DNA of 64,000 bases from NCBI RefSeq assembly GCF_009914755.1, contig NC_060928.1; one strand, written 5' to 3'. The translations under genes were made by a program, and so were the position numbers. The DNA is from the human T2T-CHM13v2.0 reference genome, Homo sapiens. Below the pieces are notes generated by a model. The model did not search any database and was not told the origin of the DNA. It saw only the letters and a list, made by a program, of their open reading frames with translations. Shown in pieces: positions 16,524 to 37,574 of the stretch; within the stretch, counting starts at the first letter, position 1; the number at the start of each line of letters is the position of its first letter.

Positions 16524-16731
16524 CAGTGGTTCTCAACTGGGGGCCTTTTGTCCATAGGGGGCATTTGACAATGTCTGGACATTTTTTTATTGCTGAAACT
16601 AAGGAGGTGGTACTGACATCTAATAGGAAAAGGCCAGGAATGCTGGTAAACATCGTATAATGCCATAGTCCCCTACAGCGAAGTATTATCTGGCACAAAA
16701 TTTCAATAGTGCCAAAGTTGAGAAACAATAT
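16524..16731. mobile_element. MER20 hAT-Charlie DNA transposon
   Basis: cagtggttctcaactggggg...atttgacaatgtctggacattttt...caatagtgccaaagttgagaaac. Confidence 0.85.
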
Positions 16732-17074
16732 TCAAAATATGTAAGGGTTACAGTCCTTTGAGTTGTCAAAAGTAATTACTCTGATAATAGATATTCCAAT
16801 AGATAGGTTAAAATTGTTTATTTGCTTGAAACCTGTATTTTAAACAGAATTTCAAACTTTTCTCTGTGTCTCTTCTAGCAGCTCCTCGTATGCAACTTGC
16901 TGTATTTTGCTTTCTCACACATTCCTTTTCTGCCTTTCTTTCCTACCACCCATCTCCTTTCTGTCTCTGTTGAGTCTCGTTCTCTCATGTGTTTTTTCCC
17001 TCCCCACGCATCTCAACCACTTTCTCTTCTTCTGCATACATCTTCCCCTACCTCTTCCACTTCAGTGCAGAAGC

Positions 17075-17305
17075 TGAGCATTATGAAACAATGAAAAGGG
17101 GGTTGAAGTATGACAGATCTAATTTTGAATCCCGGTTTTACTCTTTATTAGCCCCCGTGATCCTGATTACTTAATCCGTCAGAGATTCAATTTCCTCATT
17201 TGTAATGGGTATGATGCTACCCACCTCTTAAAGTTTTTATGAGGATTCAGTCTCATTTTGTATGTAAAATGCCTAACACATGGAGGCACTCAATAAATAT
17301 TTGCT
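17075..17305 (+). mobile_element. MIR SINE
   Basis: tttgaatcccggtttta...tcaatttcctcatttgtaatggg...gcactcaataaatatt. Confidence 0.7.
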
Positions 17306-18597
17306 CCTTATTTCTCCCTCACCTTTTCTATTTTTCTTCTTTTTCTCTGGTTTTCCTCCCCTTATTTCCCTCAACTAACACATCATAGAACTGTGTTTTT
17401 AGTACATGTAATTCTCAAATTTATAGAATATTTATTGAACAAAGTGTTAAGATTGTGAAACAATGTATCTAATGTTTAGAATAGACAATCTCTAAAGAAA
17501 AAATTAAACCTGTCAACCTAAATTATGTTGTTTTTTATGTAGATCTCTAGTTGGTTTCTTTTCCCCCTTGTTGCTCACTAATCCTTGAGAGGAAAAATAC
17601 CCACCTCCTCTGTACAAACTATTCTCAGTTTCCTATTCAAAAGAAGTGATAAGGCAAGATTAAAAGGAAAAACTCAAAGTACCATGACATCAGTCTTGCT
17701 GTAACAGAAATATGTAGAAATTCTGTGTCTCTATTCATGTGTTCTTTAAGACTTAGCAACACTGTCTTCATTTTCTGTCTTTTCTGGAGTCATAATCTTA
17801 TCTTCCAGTAACAGCCACCTATCTCCGAAAACCTTGTTCCTACTAGTTATGTTTTATTTCATTGTGTTTATGTGTGTTTGAGAGAATTAATAAGACATTT
17901 GAAATGTAGCTTCTTTTGAGCAGATAAACCGAGTTTCTAACCAACCTGATGCAGAAGATACTTTCTATCTTCTGATCTTTTTCCCCATACCCAGTGTTTC
18001 CCCCGGCACCGCCCCCAGCCATTTAACTTCATTGGCAGCTGAGTCTTATCTTGGCATAGGAAGAGGAAGTGATTGGCTTTATTTCTTGCTGTTTTCTTAG
18101 GGCAACAACTGCAGCTTATCAGAGTTCTAATCAAAAGGAAAGCATGGTACAAATGTTTTTAACTTTATGGAAAATAAAGGATAAAATTATCATTAATACT
18201 TAATATCTAAACATAATGTTAAGAAAGTTAAATTCCCATTGTGGTTTTTACAGTATTTATTTTCATGTAACTTTTTAAATATCTGTGTTTGAGAATTTCT
18301 TTTATTTCCTCTTCCAATTAATCCAAAATAATTTAATTTTTGTTTTGTATCCTCTTAATTAAATTTTACTTGAATGTCTGCAGATGGCCTACAGAGGTAG
18401 GGAATTTAAGTTTGATGTTGCATGATTGCAAATTCCATCAGTCTGACTGAATTGAGGATTTCTTATTCCATGAGTTTTAGAGGTAATAACAGCAGAAGCG
18501 AAATTTTCACTGCCACAAATTGAGAATTGAGAAGGAAAGTCATTTTTCAGGAGAGATATTTGATTTTGACTACTTTTTTCCCCTAAGTTTGATACTT

Positions 18598-19407
<810 letters not shown>

Positions 19408-22400
19408 GAGGCTTGAGTTAGGCATATTCTTGAGTTCGTGGCCCACAGTTATATATCATTAGTTCATGAAAAGCCCTTCTCTTATTTAATTATTTTTCCA
19501 TTGCATAACCATTTCTTTCTCTACAATAGGCAGCTGTTCCAATACGTCTGTTAGATATTACTGAAATTGAGTGTATCTTTTTGACTACCTGGTGGTTTCA
19601 TTTGTGTGTCTGCAATTATGACTTATAATTTTAAAAATATTGAAGCCCGGTAGTTAAAATGAAAAATGAATGCAAATTTTGGTATTTTTCTGTTTATAAT
19701 CATTTCAAAGACTAAGTTCTAGTTGATATTCTCATTGTTTTTATCCATCCCCTCAAAAAAATCTTTTTTCTTTTATTGGGTCTATGTAGTTTAGTGGGAG
19801 GTAAGTATAAAACAATGCTATAATTTTTCATTTACTGATAAGTGACAAACAAGTTATAATGATAAGTTATAAATTATATAATATAATATAATGCTATTAT
19901 TAGATGAAGCCTTATATAGGTAGTACATTTTTACATTTAATTTATATCATTTTTTAACGTTTTGTAGGAAATGAAAACTGCAACTTCATGTAGAGTCCAA
20001 TAAATAGAAAAATATGTCCAGCCTCACTATAAAGAAAAGAAATGCAAATTAAAACAATTAGGAATGATTTTTTACCTATCAAGTTGTCAAAGATTAAAAA
20101 GATGAATGGTGTGGGTTTAGAGATATAGTGTATAAAATACTATATTTGGCTATATGAGATATAGTGTATAAAATACACTAAAAATTAGAGGTATAAGTTA
20201 GTTCAGTATTTCTAAAAGGAAATTTGATATCAAACCTTATGAACAGATACTATTATTGCCCCTACTTTAAGATGTACAAATTGGAGAGCAAGGAGGTTAA
20301 GTAACATAGTGAAAGTATAGCAGCTAGTAAGTTGCAGAGTTGAGATTCAAACCCATGCTTAAAAGCCCTAAACTACCAAGCTAGTGTTTGGCCATGAAAT
20401 CAATTTAGTGGATTTTAAACAGGATAGAGTAATATAGAAATTATTAGAATGCATCACACATAGTATGAGTGTCACTCTGTGGAACTTAATATGTACTAGT
20501 TCAGGATATAAAATACTGTATATTTCTTATTGTGGATGACAGTCACGATCACTGCAGTAGCATAGATAGATCAATTCTATCTCAGGTCATTTGCCTGGAA
20601 CTCTTCCCCCAGATCTTCCCTTGGCAGAGCTTCATATCCCAGCTTATCTATTACTTCCTCAGAAAGTTCAGCTCTGACTACTTTGTGGAAAGAACCTCCC
20701 ACCCCATAATCCTCTATTCCACTAGCCTGTTTTCTTTTCCTCATAGCTCTTCTTGCTATTTGAAATTATCTTCCTTGTTAATATGTTTATTCTCTGCCAC
20801 TCCTCACTGCCCTCTCCACAGGTACACTCTAAAACATAATCCCCATGAGGACAGAGATTACATTATATGGCAAATGTTTCAGAAAATTATTTGGGCATCT
20901 CTGAGCTACTAGAGATGAATCTGTCAAAACTTCTTCTCCAAAAACACACTTGCTAGTAAAAACTCAGTTGATGTTTTTGCTGAAGAACTGTGACTTCCCA
21001 GGTGAAATTACCATGACAGAAATTAGTATTCATGAGGGAGAAACTTGGACTTTGTGTATAACAGGAACATGTCTTCTTATCAGAATCAACAGAAGAGGAA
21101 CTAGTGATGTTAGTTGTGCATTGAGCTTAAAAGATTTCTGTGAAACATCTGTAAAATTGTAGGCAAGGATTGTAGTCCTTGAAATGCTGTATTTAAAAAT
21201 TATCACAATATAAAGAAGGTAAAAGGCTAACACACATAGGAACTGGGGATATTAACTTGTATTGCTCTAAATTTTGAATTCTGTTTTTTGTTTTGTTGAA
21301 AATAGGATAGTAAGAAACCCAGATAGTCAATGAAGGCCAGAGCTAGTAGAAAGATAGTGAATAAAATTCTTATCAGCCATTTCAATTGTGACAATGTTAA
21401 ATTATAATTTCCAAAAAGGTAAAATTATGGTTCTCATTAAACATAAAAGAAACACGTGTTAAAGATTTTATGTAACTCATCATCAAGAGGGAACCCAGTA
21501 AATGTTACAACCTATTCAAAGAAGAAATCAAAGAACTAAAAGTATTTATGGAGAAGATATGTTGAAACGGATTTCAAAACTGGCTTTTTCCACAGGCAGA
21601 GAGAGGGAAGTCAATTGAACCTTCACTGGAACAGAGTTTATTCCTACAGATAAGAATATTTTTGCATTGCTCTCAATTATCTGTAATTTATGGACTTTAA
21701 AATAACTCAAAGACCATGAAGATTAATAATATTCTAAGCAATGCCATAGAGACACCCAGAAATTTTTTTTGCTTATTCTAAATAGATAAAGATAATTTAG
21801 TAATAGACAAAGATAATTTCTAAAATTTGCTACACTAAGTAGATTAATTTCTGGATAGCAGGGATATGTATGTCTCTTTAGAGTGTCATGTGATGCTAGA
21901 AAATGTTAATTCTATTCCAGTCTTCTTGCCTAGTACTATTGAATGCATACATTCAGTGTACATGTGAAAGTGCATGATTTATATGAAAAAAAAGTAAAAA
22001 TCGATTTCTTTTTGACATTCTGTTATTATATAACTAAAATTAACCTGAATCTGAGATCACTCCCAAAAAAACACCCCAAACACTTCCAAAAAATTTTGGT
22101 GAGAACAAGATTGCTGCTCAGAGGATTCCATACCTATGTCTAGTTTTTATTTAGCACAGAAATCCCAATTGCTTGTTCATGTCATCCTAGCATATTTTCT
22201 CTGACTGTTGAGTGGTCATTGGTTCAGAGACAACTTTGTCTACTCAAGAGTTTCACAGCAATGTAGAGGCACATTTCATTTAAGCTTTTAAATTTAAAGA
22301 AGGGCAAGAACGAAGTGATTTTTTTCCATAGGGAATTAACTAATTAGCATGCCTATCTTTGGCATCAATAAAAATATCCAATGTAAAACACTTGAGAAAA

Positions 22401-23039
22401 ATTACGTAAAGAAAAAAATAGATATCAAACTTTGTCCTTCATTATTTATTTTATTATAATTTATTATTATGGTTTATTTAACAGTAATATACTGAAAAAG
22501 GTATAATGATTCTGCCATTTCTGGATGATAATATTTTCTTCTTGGAGTTTAAATGATTCGCTATTTGGAAATCAAAGTCTTTGGGCGCTCTATATTTGGC
22601 TACGATTTTCAGGCTTAAGTTGCTCTAACAATCTTGCCATATACTGAAGATACTTTCTCCATTTACATAATATTGAACATCAATTGTTTTAACAACTGAT
22701 TGTAATCATTGTATTATATAAATGTTTCTGTATTCTTTCTTTTTCTGGCTAGCATATACTTTCTTGATAGCTTTTAGCCCATTGATTTCAAACATTTAAT
22801 GAGCTCCTACTATTTTTCCAGGCACTGATCTAAGTCAAGATAGAAGGAAACAAATAAAAACAGGCCACATTTCATTTCTCATTAATCTTGTGTTGTAGTA
22901 GGGAAAGAGAGACAATGTATAAATGAACAAGTCTATCAGCGAACAAGTAAATCATTGGGTTATATGCACTATGAAAAAAAGCAGAAAGGTAGACAGGGAA
23001 TGTGGATATGAGCTAGGATTGCTATTTTTATTGTTATTC

Positions 23040-23445
23040 TTATTTTTTCATTGCTATTGATATATAATATTTGACCATACTTATGGGGCACATGTGATAT
23101 TTTGATACATGCATTGTATAATGATGAAATCAGTGTATTTAGGATATCCATCACCTCAAACATTTATTATTTCTTTGTGTTGGGAACATTCAAATATTCT
23201 CTTCTAGCTTTTTTGAAATATACAATATATTGCTGTTAACTGCAGTCACTAACTGTGCTATTGAACACTAGATTTTTTCTGACTGTATGATTGTGCTTTA
23301 TCACCCCTTTTCCCCCCATACATACATACTTCCCAGCTCTGTTAACTGTCATTCTACTCTGTCTCCAAAAAATCAACCTTTTTAGCTCTCACATATGAAT
23401 GAGAACTTGCAATATTTGTCTTTCTGTGCCTGGCTTATTTCACTT
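23040..23445 (-). mobile_element. L1MA-like 3' end fragment
   Basis: atggggcacatgtgatattttgatacatgc...ttgtctttctgtgcctggcttatttcactt. Confidence 0.75.
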
Positions 23446-24469
23446 TTAAATAAAGTGGTCATGGAAGAGCTCACTGAGGTAATAGTTGAGCAAAGACCCA
23501 AAGTAAATGAGAATTACCTACTTGGCTGTGCCCCTCGGTTTGCTTTGACTCTTTAGTAGAGTAAAGCAATTTAAGTCCCAGTCTTAGTAACTATGGTAAC
23601 ATATCTTTCTTCAATCTAGATTCTCAATTCTTTCTCACAATCCCCACTTCCAGTTCTCTATATTTTGTTGCTATTTTATTTGCTCCTACTGTAAGCAAAC
23701 GCAAATTCTTTGTGGAAAGATAGGAGGAAAAAGTAAATTAACTATGGACTTATTTCAGTTAGCAAATTTCCTCTTTTAAAGGGTGCATTTATTATACCAA
23801 AGCCAGACAAAGACACATCAAAGAAAGAAAACTGCAGACCAGTATCTCTGATGACTATTGAGGTACAAATCCTCAACAAAATACTAGCAAACCAAATTCA
23901 ACAATATACTAAAAAGGTTATTCATCATGACCAAGTGCGATTTATCCCAGGGACACAAGGATAGTTCAACATACACAAATCAATCAATGTGATGTATCAA
24001 CAGAATGAGGGATAAAAACCATATGATCATTTCAATTGATGCTGAAAAAGCATTTGATAAAATTCAACATCCCTTCATGATTAAAAAACACTAAAAAACT
24101 GGATATAGAAAGAAAATATCTCAACATAACAAAAGCCACATATGACAGACCCACAGCTAGTATCATACTAAATGGAGAAAAAATGAAAGTCTTTCCTCTA
24201 AGATCTAGAACATGAGAAGGATGTCCACTGGTCACCAGTGTTACTCAACATAGTAATGGAAGTCCTAGCTAGAGCAATCAAACAAGAGAAAGATATAAAG
24301 GGCATCCAGATTGGAAAGGAAGAATTCAAATTATGCTTGTTTGCAGATGATATGATGTTATATTTGGAAAAATCTAAGGACTCCATCAAAAAACTATTAG
24401 AACTGATAAATTCAATAAAGTTGCATAATACAAAACCAACACACAAAAATCAAAATCAGTAGCATTTCT

Positions 24470-24764
24470 GGATGGGCACAGTGGCTCATGCCTATAATCC
24501 CAGCACTTTGGGAGGCCCAGGTGGACAGATTACTTGAGGTCAGGAGTTCAAGACCAGTCTGGCCAACATGATGAAACCCCATCTCTACTAAAAAATACAA
24601 AAATTAGCTGGGCATGGTGATGCGTGCCTGTAATCCCAGCTACTCGGAGGCCGAGACGAGAATCACTTGAACCCAGGAGGCAGAGGTTGCAGTGAGCCAA
24701 GATCACACCACTGTACTCCAGCCTGGGTAACAGAGCAAAACTCCATCTCAAAAAAAAAAAAAAA
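24470..24764 (+). mobile_element. Alu (AluSx-like) in L1MA, no TSD
   Basis: Full Alu with A tail; flanking L1 sequence is discontinuous. Confidence 0.92.
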
Positions 24765-25429
24765 GGAAAGATATTGCATGTTCATGGATTGGAAGAATCA
24801 ATATTGTTGAAATGTCCATACTACCCGAAGCAACCTACAGATTCAACGCAATTTCTATCAAAATACCAATGACATCCATCACAGAAATAGAAAAAACATT
24901 CCCGAAATTTATTTACACTCACAGAAGTTCCAGAACAGCCAAAGCTATCCTGAGCAAAAAGAACAAAACTGGAGGAAACACATTACCTGACTTCAAGTTA
25001 TACTACAGAGCTTTAGTAACCAAAACAGTGTGGTACTGGCATAAAAACAGACACATAGACCAATGGAACAGAATAAAGAGCCCAGAAACAAATCCACACA
25101 CCTATAGTGATCACATTTTTGACAAGGGTGCCAAGAATATACACTAGGGAAAAGACAGTCTCTTCAATAAATGATGCTGTGGGAAAAACTGGATATCCAT
25201 ATGCAGAAGAATGAAACTACATCCTTATCTCTCGCCATATACAAAAATCAAATCAAAATGAATTAAAGACTGAAATTTAACATCTCAAACTATGAAACTA
25301 CTACAAGAAAACATTGGGGAAAAGCTCCAGGACATTAGTTTGGACAAAAAATTCTTAAGTAATACAGACAAGTACAGGCAACTAAAGCAAAAATGGACAA
25401 ATAGGCTCACATGAAGTTAAAAAGCTGCA

Positions 25430-28965
<3,536 letters not shown>

Positions 28966-29172
28966 AAAAAAAAGCTTCTGCACAGCAAAAGAAACAATCA
29001 AGTGAAGATACAACCCATAGAATGGGAGAAAATATTTGTAAACTACCCTGACAAGCGATTAATAACCAGAATATATAAGGAGCTCAAACAACTCTATAGG
29101 AAAAATGTCTAATAATTCAATTTTAACATGGGCAAAATATTTAAATAGACATTCCTCAAAAGAAGACATACA

Positions 29173-29461
29173 GGCCAGGTGCCGTGGCTCACGCCTATAA
29201 TCCCAGCACTTTGGGAGGCCTAGGCAGGCAGATCACTTGAGCTCAGGAGTTTGAGACCAGCCTGGGCAATACGGTGAAACCCCATCTCTCCAAAAAATAC
29301 AAAAAAACTAGCTAGGCATGGGCTCAGCTATTTGGGAGGCTGAGGTGGGAGAATCACCTGAGCCTAGGAGTTCCTTCAAGACTACAGTGAGCTGTGATCG
29401 CACCACCGCACTCCAGCCTGGATGACAGAATGAGACCCTGTCTCAAAAGCAAAACAAAAAC
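29173..29461 (+). mobile_element. Alu (AluJ-like, internal deletion) in L1MA
   Basis: TSD aagacataca. Confidence 0.88.
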
Positions 29462-30390
29462 AAGACATACAAATGGCAAACAGGCATATGAAAAGATGCT
29501 CAACATCACTGAGCATCAGAGAAATGCAAATCAAAACTACAATGAGATATCATCTCACACCAGTTGAAATGTCTTTTATCCAAAAGACAGGCAATGACAA
29601 ATACTAGTGAGGATGTGGAGAAAAGGGAAGCCTCATACTGTTGGTGGGAATGTAAATTAGTATGACCACTATGGAGAGAACAGTTTGGAGGTTCCTCAAA
29701 AAACTAAACATTGAGCTTCCATATAGCCTAGCAATCCCACTGCTGGGTATATCTCCAAAAGAAAGGAAATTAGTATCTCAAAGAGATATCTACACTCTCA
29801 TATTTGTTATAGCACTGTTCACAATAGCAAAGATTTGGAAGCAACCTAATTGTCCATCAACAGATGAATGGATAAAGAAAACGTGGTACTTATACCCAAG
29901 GGAGTACTATTCAGCCGTTAAAAAGAGTGAGGTCCTGTCTTTTGCAACAACATGGATGGAACTGGAGGTCATTATGTTAAGTGAAATAAGCCAGGCACAG
30001 GAAGACAAACATCGCATATTCTTACTTACTTGTGGGATCTAAAAATCAAAATAATTGAACTCATGAAGGTAGAGAGTAGAAGGATGGTTACCAGAGGCTG
30101 GGAAGGGTAGTGGGGCGTGAGGGGGAAGTGAGGATGGTTAATGGTTACAAAAAGAATGGAATGAATGAATGAGACCTAGTATTTGATAGTACAACAGAGT
30201 GATTGTTGTCAAAATAATTTAATTGTACATTTAAAAATAACTAAAAGTATAATTGGATTGTTTGTAACACAAAAGTAAATGCTTGAGGGGATGGATACCC
30301 CATTTTCCATGATGTGCTTATTTCACATTGTATACCTGTATCAAAATATCTCGTGCCCCACAAATATAGACACCTACTATGTACTCAGAA

Positions 30391-30684
30391 TTTTTTTTTT
30401 TTTTTTTTGAGACAGAGTCTCGCTCTGTCGCCCAGGCTGGAGTGCAGTGGTGTGATCTCGGCTCACTGCAAGCTCTACTTCCCGGGTTCACACCATTCTC
30501 CTGCCTCAGCCTCTCCCGAGTAGCTGGGACTACAGGTGCCCCCCACCACACCCGGCTAATTTTTTTGTATTTTTTTTTTTTAGTAGAGACGGGGTTTCAC
30601 AGTGTTAGCAAGTATGGTCTGTATCTCCTGGTCTCGATCTCCTGACCTCGTGATCCGCCTGCCTTGGCCTCCCAAAGTGCTGGG
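30391..30684 (-). mobile_element. AluY-like, 5'-truncated, inserted in the L1MA tail
   Basis: Poly-T; cactgcaagctct...gggttcacaccattctcc; ends at aaagtgctggga. Confidence 0.9.
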
Positions 30685-31169
30685 AAAATTTTTTTAAATG
30701 TTTTTTAAAAGTACATTTCTTAATGAAGATTATATACTCACACCTTAAAATGAATTTGTTTATTCTACTTCCCTTTAAATATGTGGTTCAACTCCTTTAC
30801 AATAAGAGATTTAGAAATTTGATTATTTGATGTGAAGGGGTGAGGTTGAGAAGGAGAATGTAGTTATTTACAGCAAAGCATGTTTTCTGAAAAAGAAATT
30901 TTCCAATAAACTGTACCACAGTTTATTGGAATGAGCTCAGAATTTGTTGTCAGAATACTCCTGCTTTCAAATCCTGGCTGGCTGATTTGGGGGAAGTCCT
31001 CTGGTGTCAGTTAGACCTCTGGAGTCTAATAGCACCCACCTGACTGTGATTTTGTGAGGAACTAATGCTTTGGAATATATGTGTTTAATAGTTTATTGAA
31101 CAAATGGCTATAAGCAAAGGAAGATGGAAAAAGATCAAAATTACAAGGATTTTTTTCTGAAGATATTAA

Positions 31170-31643
<474 letters not shown>

Positions 31644-32969
31644 CTAAGGAGTTCTAACTAAACTCAGAAGGGAATGGGCCAGCGGAAGTAGACCAAAGAG
31701 AAAAAGGGAGATGAAGACACCTAGAGTGACTAGTAGGCTTCTGGCTTGCACTGCAGGTTGTGCCATTCATCGAGGCAGAGGATACTGGAGGAAGACCAAT
31801 TTTAGAGCAGATGGTTATGAACTTGGTACTGGGCATGTTGAATTTGAGGTTTCTCTAAGACATTCATGTAGAAATGTTGAATATGTAGTTGAGCATTCTA
31901 CTCTAGAGATCTGAAGAGTTGCCTGAGTTGAGAAGTAATGTTCTGAAAGATAAGAGGAAAACCATGAATCTTTTATGGGTCATTTTAATTAGGAAGGGAT
32001 AGTGCAGCAGTGTTTTATATGGTAATTTGGGTACATATCTTTATATATTAAGCAGTTTAATAGCAGGGAACATGGGTTATTATTTTGTATACCCCACAGC
32101 ACTTAACCTTACTCTTGATAAGCATTCAATTATTATTTGTTGAATTGAACTAAATTGACTAAGTAATTTATTTTGCAAGCTAGCCTATTCTGTGAATCAA
32201 GGATTGTGATTATCTGAGTTAGAGCTTAATAATCAAAGATTCTCAAGGAGAACATGACAGACATCAAGAACCAGTGTGTGGTTTCCTGAAAGTAAGCAGC
32301 CATCAGTCTGACAAATCAGTCAGGTCTGTGCAGGCTTGCCACAAGTAGGGCACAGCACATCTTGCATAAAATGCAGGTGCAAAACTTGCTGAGAGGAGAG
32401 GATCATAACTTTGGCATGTAAGCACAAACTTTATTACAGTAAGCAGAAAACTTCTAGTAATTTTCACTATATCACCATTCACCTAAAGTTAAAACAACTA
32501 ATATACTTTGTTATGAAATAAGGTGACTTTATGTAGATACACTGTTTTTCAAAGAGTTTTTTCACAAGAAATGTCACAGATTCACACACTTTTCTTTATC
32601 TACAAGACTAGATTCCTACAGACTCTTTAGTTCTATAAATAATGAAAAGCAATTAAACTTTTTTTCCCTACTTAGTCCAAATGATTGATAGCTTAATAGA
32701 TATTTCATTTCATAAGAATGGTACAGCAGTGGTTATTTCAGAACTCCAAAGAAAAAAATCAGCCAAGTCAATGGGTTTGACAAAAAGTGAAGTATATAAA
32801 ACAAGAAGCTGTTATTGTACAGGAAACAATATACTCCCAAACAATAAATATAAATGGCATTTTCATAACTTTTTGAAAAATTGTTAGATTCATAAGTACT
32901 GTTAACTTTGCTATGAGACAAAATTCCATTATAGATCTTACTAAGAAATTATTGATAAGTTAATTTTAA

Positions 32970-33308
<339 letters not shown>

Positions 33309-34591
33309 TTGGATACTTCTATTAGTCATGCCTACATGTTTAACTCTTTAAATATAATATGGAAAAGATATAACAGCATAAGCAAAATAGTCTTCAATCT
33401 TCCATATAACTTTACCTTGGGCTAGGTACAAACTTAAAACTCCTATCCTAAAATGTAATTTAAAAGATGTATTTACAAAATCATGAATGTTGATAATTCT
33501 TTCAACAGATGCTGGCCAAACTACCAGAAGAGCGGCATCAGTGATATACTCAATGTTTTTAAGAATCAGTCCTCATCTAGTTAGTGCCTCAGATTCTTTC
33601 TGGTGCCGCTGATTTTGAATATTATTGCTTTTCTTCGTTTTGTCCTAAAAGGAAGTGACTCATCAAACACACAAACTAATCCAGTTCCAATCAGGATCTA
33701 TATTTTGCTTATTTTGCTTTAGGAATGAAAAGGTATATGTTACAGTATAAAATCTATTTTTATACTTGCGTGCATGAATAAGAGGATTTGGGATTATGAG
33801 TAAATGCTAATCTTAAAAAGAAATAGCAACACCTCTAAGAAAGAGACAACAAAAGAGTGAGAAAGATCCAAAACAATCCTCAGGAATTGGATGGACAATT
33901 ATCAAGAGGTGACTGAAAGAATTTGGGAGTATGGAAGGAGTGCCAGGAACATTGAGACACATAATTTTATAGTGAAGCATCTCAGCACAATTTTTACCAA
34001 TAATACTTAGCAGCCTAAAAGAAACAGGGAAATTGGAGACTGTAGGAAGTCAGGGCATGGGGAGAAAACGTAGCTATGAATTCGTAGTTGAAATGGTAGA
34101 CACTATGTATTCTCAACTGCAAGGAGAAAATAGAAGCCAAAAAGACTAAATATATAACTAATCCAGAGGCTTTTAAAATTCTGCTTCTTTCTTAGTATGT
34201 ATTGTCATGTATTTGTTTATCTTCCCTTTCTGTATGATACTATGTCTTACTTGTGTTTCACAAATGTGAGATTCCTGACCTTTTATAAGAAGGTAACAAG
34301 GCATTTTTCAAAAAGCCTTTTTTTGGAGAGGTTAAGTGGGATGGTAGAGTGGATTAAGTGGAACAAAATTCCAGTTTTTTGGCGAGAAAATATTTTTTAG
34401 TCTAAAATCCCTCTGAGACTCACTACAAACTAATTTCTTTCTGTCATTCTTCTTCCTTCTTTTGGTTTCTCTATAACTAAATTTAGTTTAAAATTAAGTT
34501 ATCTATAAAGGCAGCCTTTCCATGATCGTTGGAGCACATTCTGCTCATGTTAGAAGTTCATTGTTCTTTGTTTTTAGTTATTAAGCACATA

Positions 34592-35132
34592 CAGTAGTCC
34601 CCCCTTATCCACAGGGGATACATTCTAAGACCCCCAGTGGATGCCTGAAATTGATGATAGTACTGAACCCTATATATACTGTTTTTCCTGTGTGTACATA
34701 CCTATGATAACATTTCATTTATAAGTTAAAGACACAGTAAGAGATTAACAACAATAAGAATAAATTAGAACAACTATAATAATATACTGTAATAAAAGTT
34801 GTATGAATGTGGTCTCTCTTTCTCTCAAAATAATCTTATTGTATCATAGTCACCCTTCTTGTGATCTGTCGATCTGATAATTGAGGTGACTACTAAGCGA
34901 CTAATGGGTGGATCATGTCAACAGCATGGATACACTGGACAAAAGCATGAGTCATGTCCCGAGCAGGATGGAGCAAGATGGTGTGAGATTTCATCACTAT
35001 ACTCAAAATGGCCCACAATTTAAAATTTACAAATTATTTATTTATGGAATTTTCCATTTAATATTTTCAGACCACAGTTGACTGCAGCTAACTGAAACTG
35101 GGAAAAGAGAAACTGGATAAGGGGGACTACTG
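34592..35132. mobile_element. MER44-type Tigger (Tc1/mariner) non-autonomous DNA transposon
   Basis: TIRs cagtagtccccccttatcc / ggataagggggactactg with TA target duplication on both sides. Confidence 0.9.
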
Positions 35133-35525
35133 TAGTATGAAGGCAAGAAAATTTCAGGGGAAAACAAGTGGTTATTTTCTGGCCAAATGTGATACATTTT
35201 CTCTCTTAACTGGATACAGTTAAAAATAGGAAAAAAAAAAAAAAGCCCACTTTTGAAGTGCTCAATGTGCTTAGTCTTTGTGCCAACTTCTATAGTTTTT
35301 CTTTTCTTCTGGGGGTAGGAATGGGATTAAAGGTTAGAGATTGGTTTTGTTTTTTATTTTTAAGAAAAGATGAAATTTTTAAAATCCTGGTCAAATAGTA
35401 AGTATGACAATTGAGACCAGGTGCTATACTACAGTGAGCCAGATGTGTGTATAAAACAAGAAACTGTTATTGTACAGGAAAAAAAATGCAAAAACCACAA
35501 AACCATTTTAAAATTATTATTTTTA

Positions 35526-36278
<753 letters not shown>

Positions 36279-37188
36279 TCAAGACAAGTATAACTAAACT
36301 GCTTTTAAAAACTGATACATTGAAACAATTAGAATGTGAATCATCACAAGATTGATTTTATATTTATAACAAAGCCTATAGTGTAGGCTTTAGAACATAG
36401 GCTTTAGAGCCAGATTGCCTGAATGTGTCTAGATTCCACCAATTACTAAGGGATCTTGACTAAATTACATAATCTCTCTTCCTCAGTTTCCTTTATGTTT
36501 TGAAGATCATAGTACTTAAAGCATTGCCCAACACATACTATTCAATTAGTGTTCATTTTTTAAATTAATAAATGTGTCATGAAATAAGTTAAAAATTTCA
36601 TTTAAACATTGCTTGTTGTTTTCAAGGCTTACATATTTCAGAGCATATCTACATAGGGATAACCTTTGAGATGAAGAGGAATACAAAGCAAGAAATCAGT
36701 CTTTGCAGGTGACTAAATTCTGAAGTGAAGATGTTTTGTAAACCACAGAATCGGTTTGTGGTTTATCAGTGCTATAACCAGCTATCCTTTTATATAATAA
36801 TACAGAAGCAGTTAAACACACCATATCATTTTTAAAAACATCATTTAAATATTTGAAAGCAGTGCATTAGTGGGTTTTTTGCCAATTCTTTTGATTTAGT
36901 TTATGACCAAATTGACCTTTTTTGAACTAAATGCCAAGCATTTTGCAGCTCTTAAATGTTGATCACATTTTGCCTTAAAATATATGTATTTGTTTATAAA
37001 TGTTAACCTCCACACTAGATTGTTAGCTTCTCAAAGTTAAGGATGTAATATTACTTATCTAATACTTTATAGGTACCAGAAAAAATGTTTGTTGAATTGG
37101 TTCTAAAGTGTTTTTAAAGCCAAATAATTATAAATGTTATGCTGAATATAAATGACAACATAGTTTTATTTGTTCATTTATGCGTTAA

Positions 37189-37574
<386 letters not shown>

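Noticed and set aside
17940-18130. Intronic GC-box plus reverse CCAAT and ETS-like motifs as an alternative promoter or enhancer
   Set aside because: Short motifs without a CpG island or other sequence support; would need chromatin data
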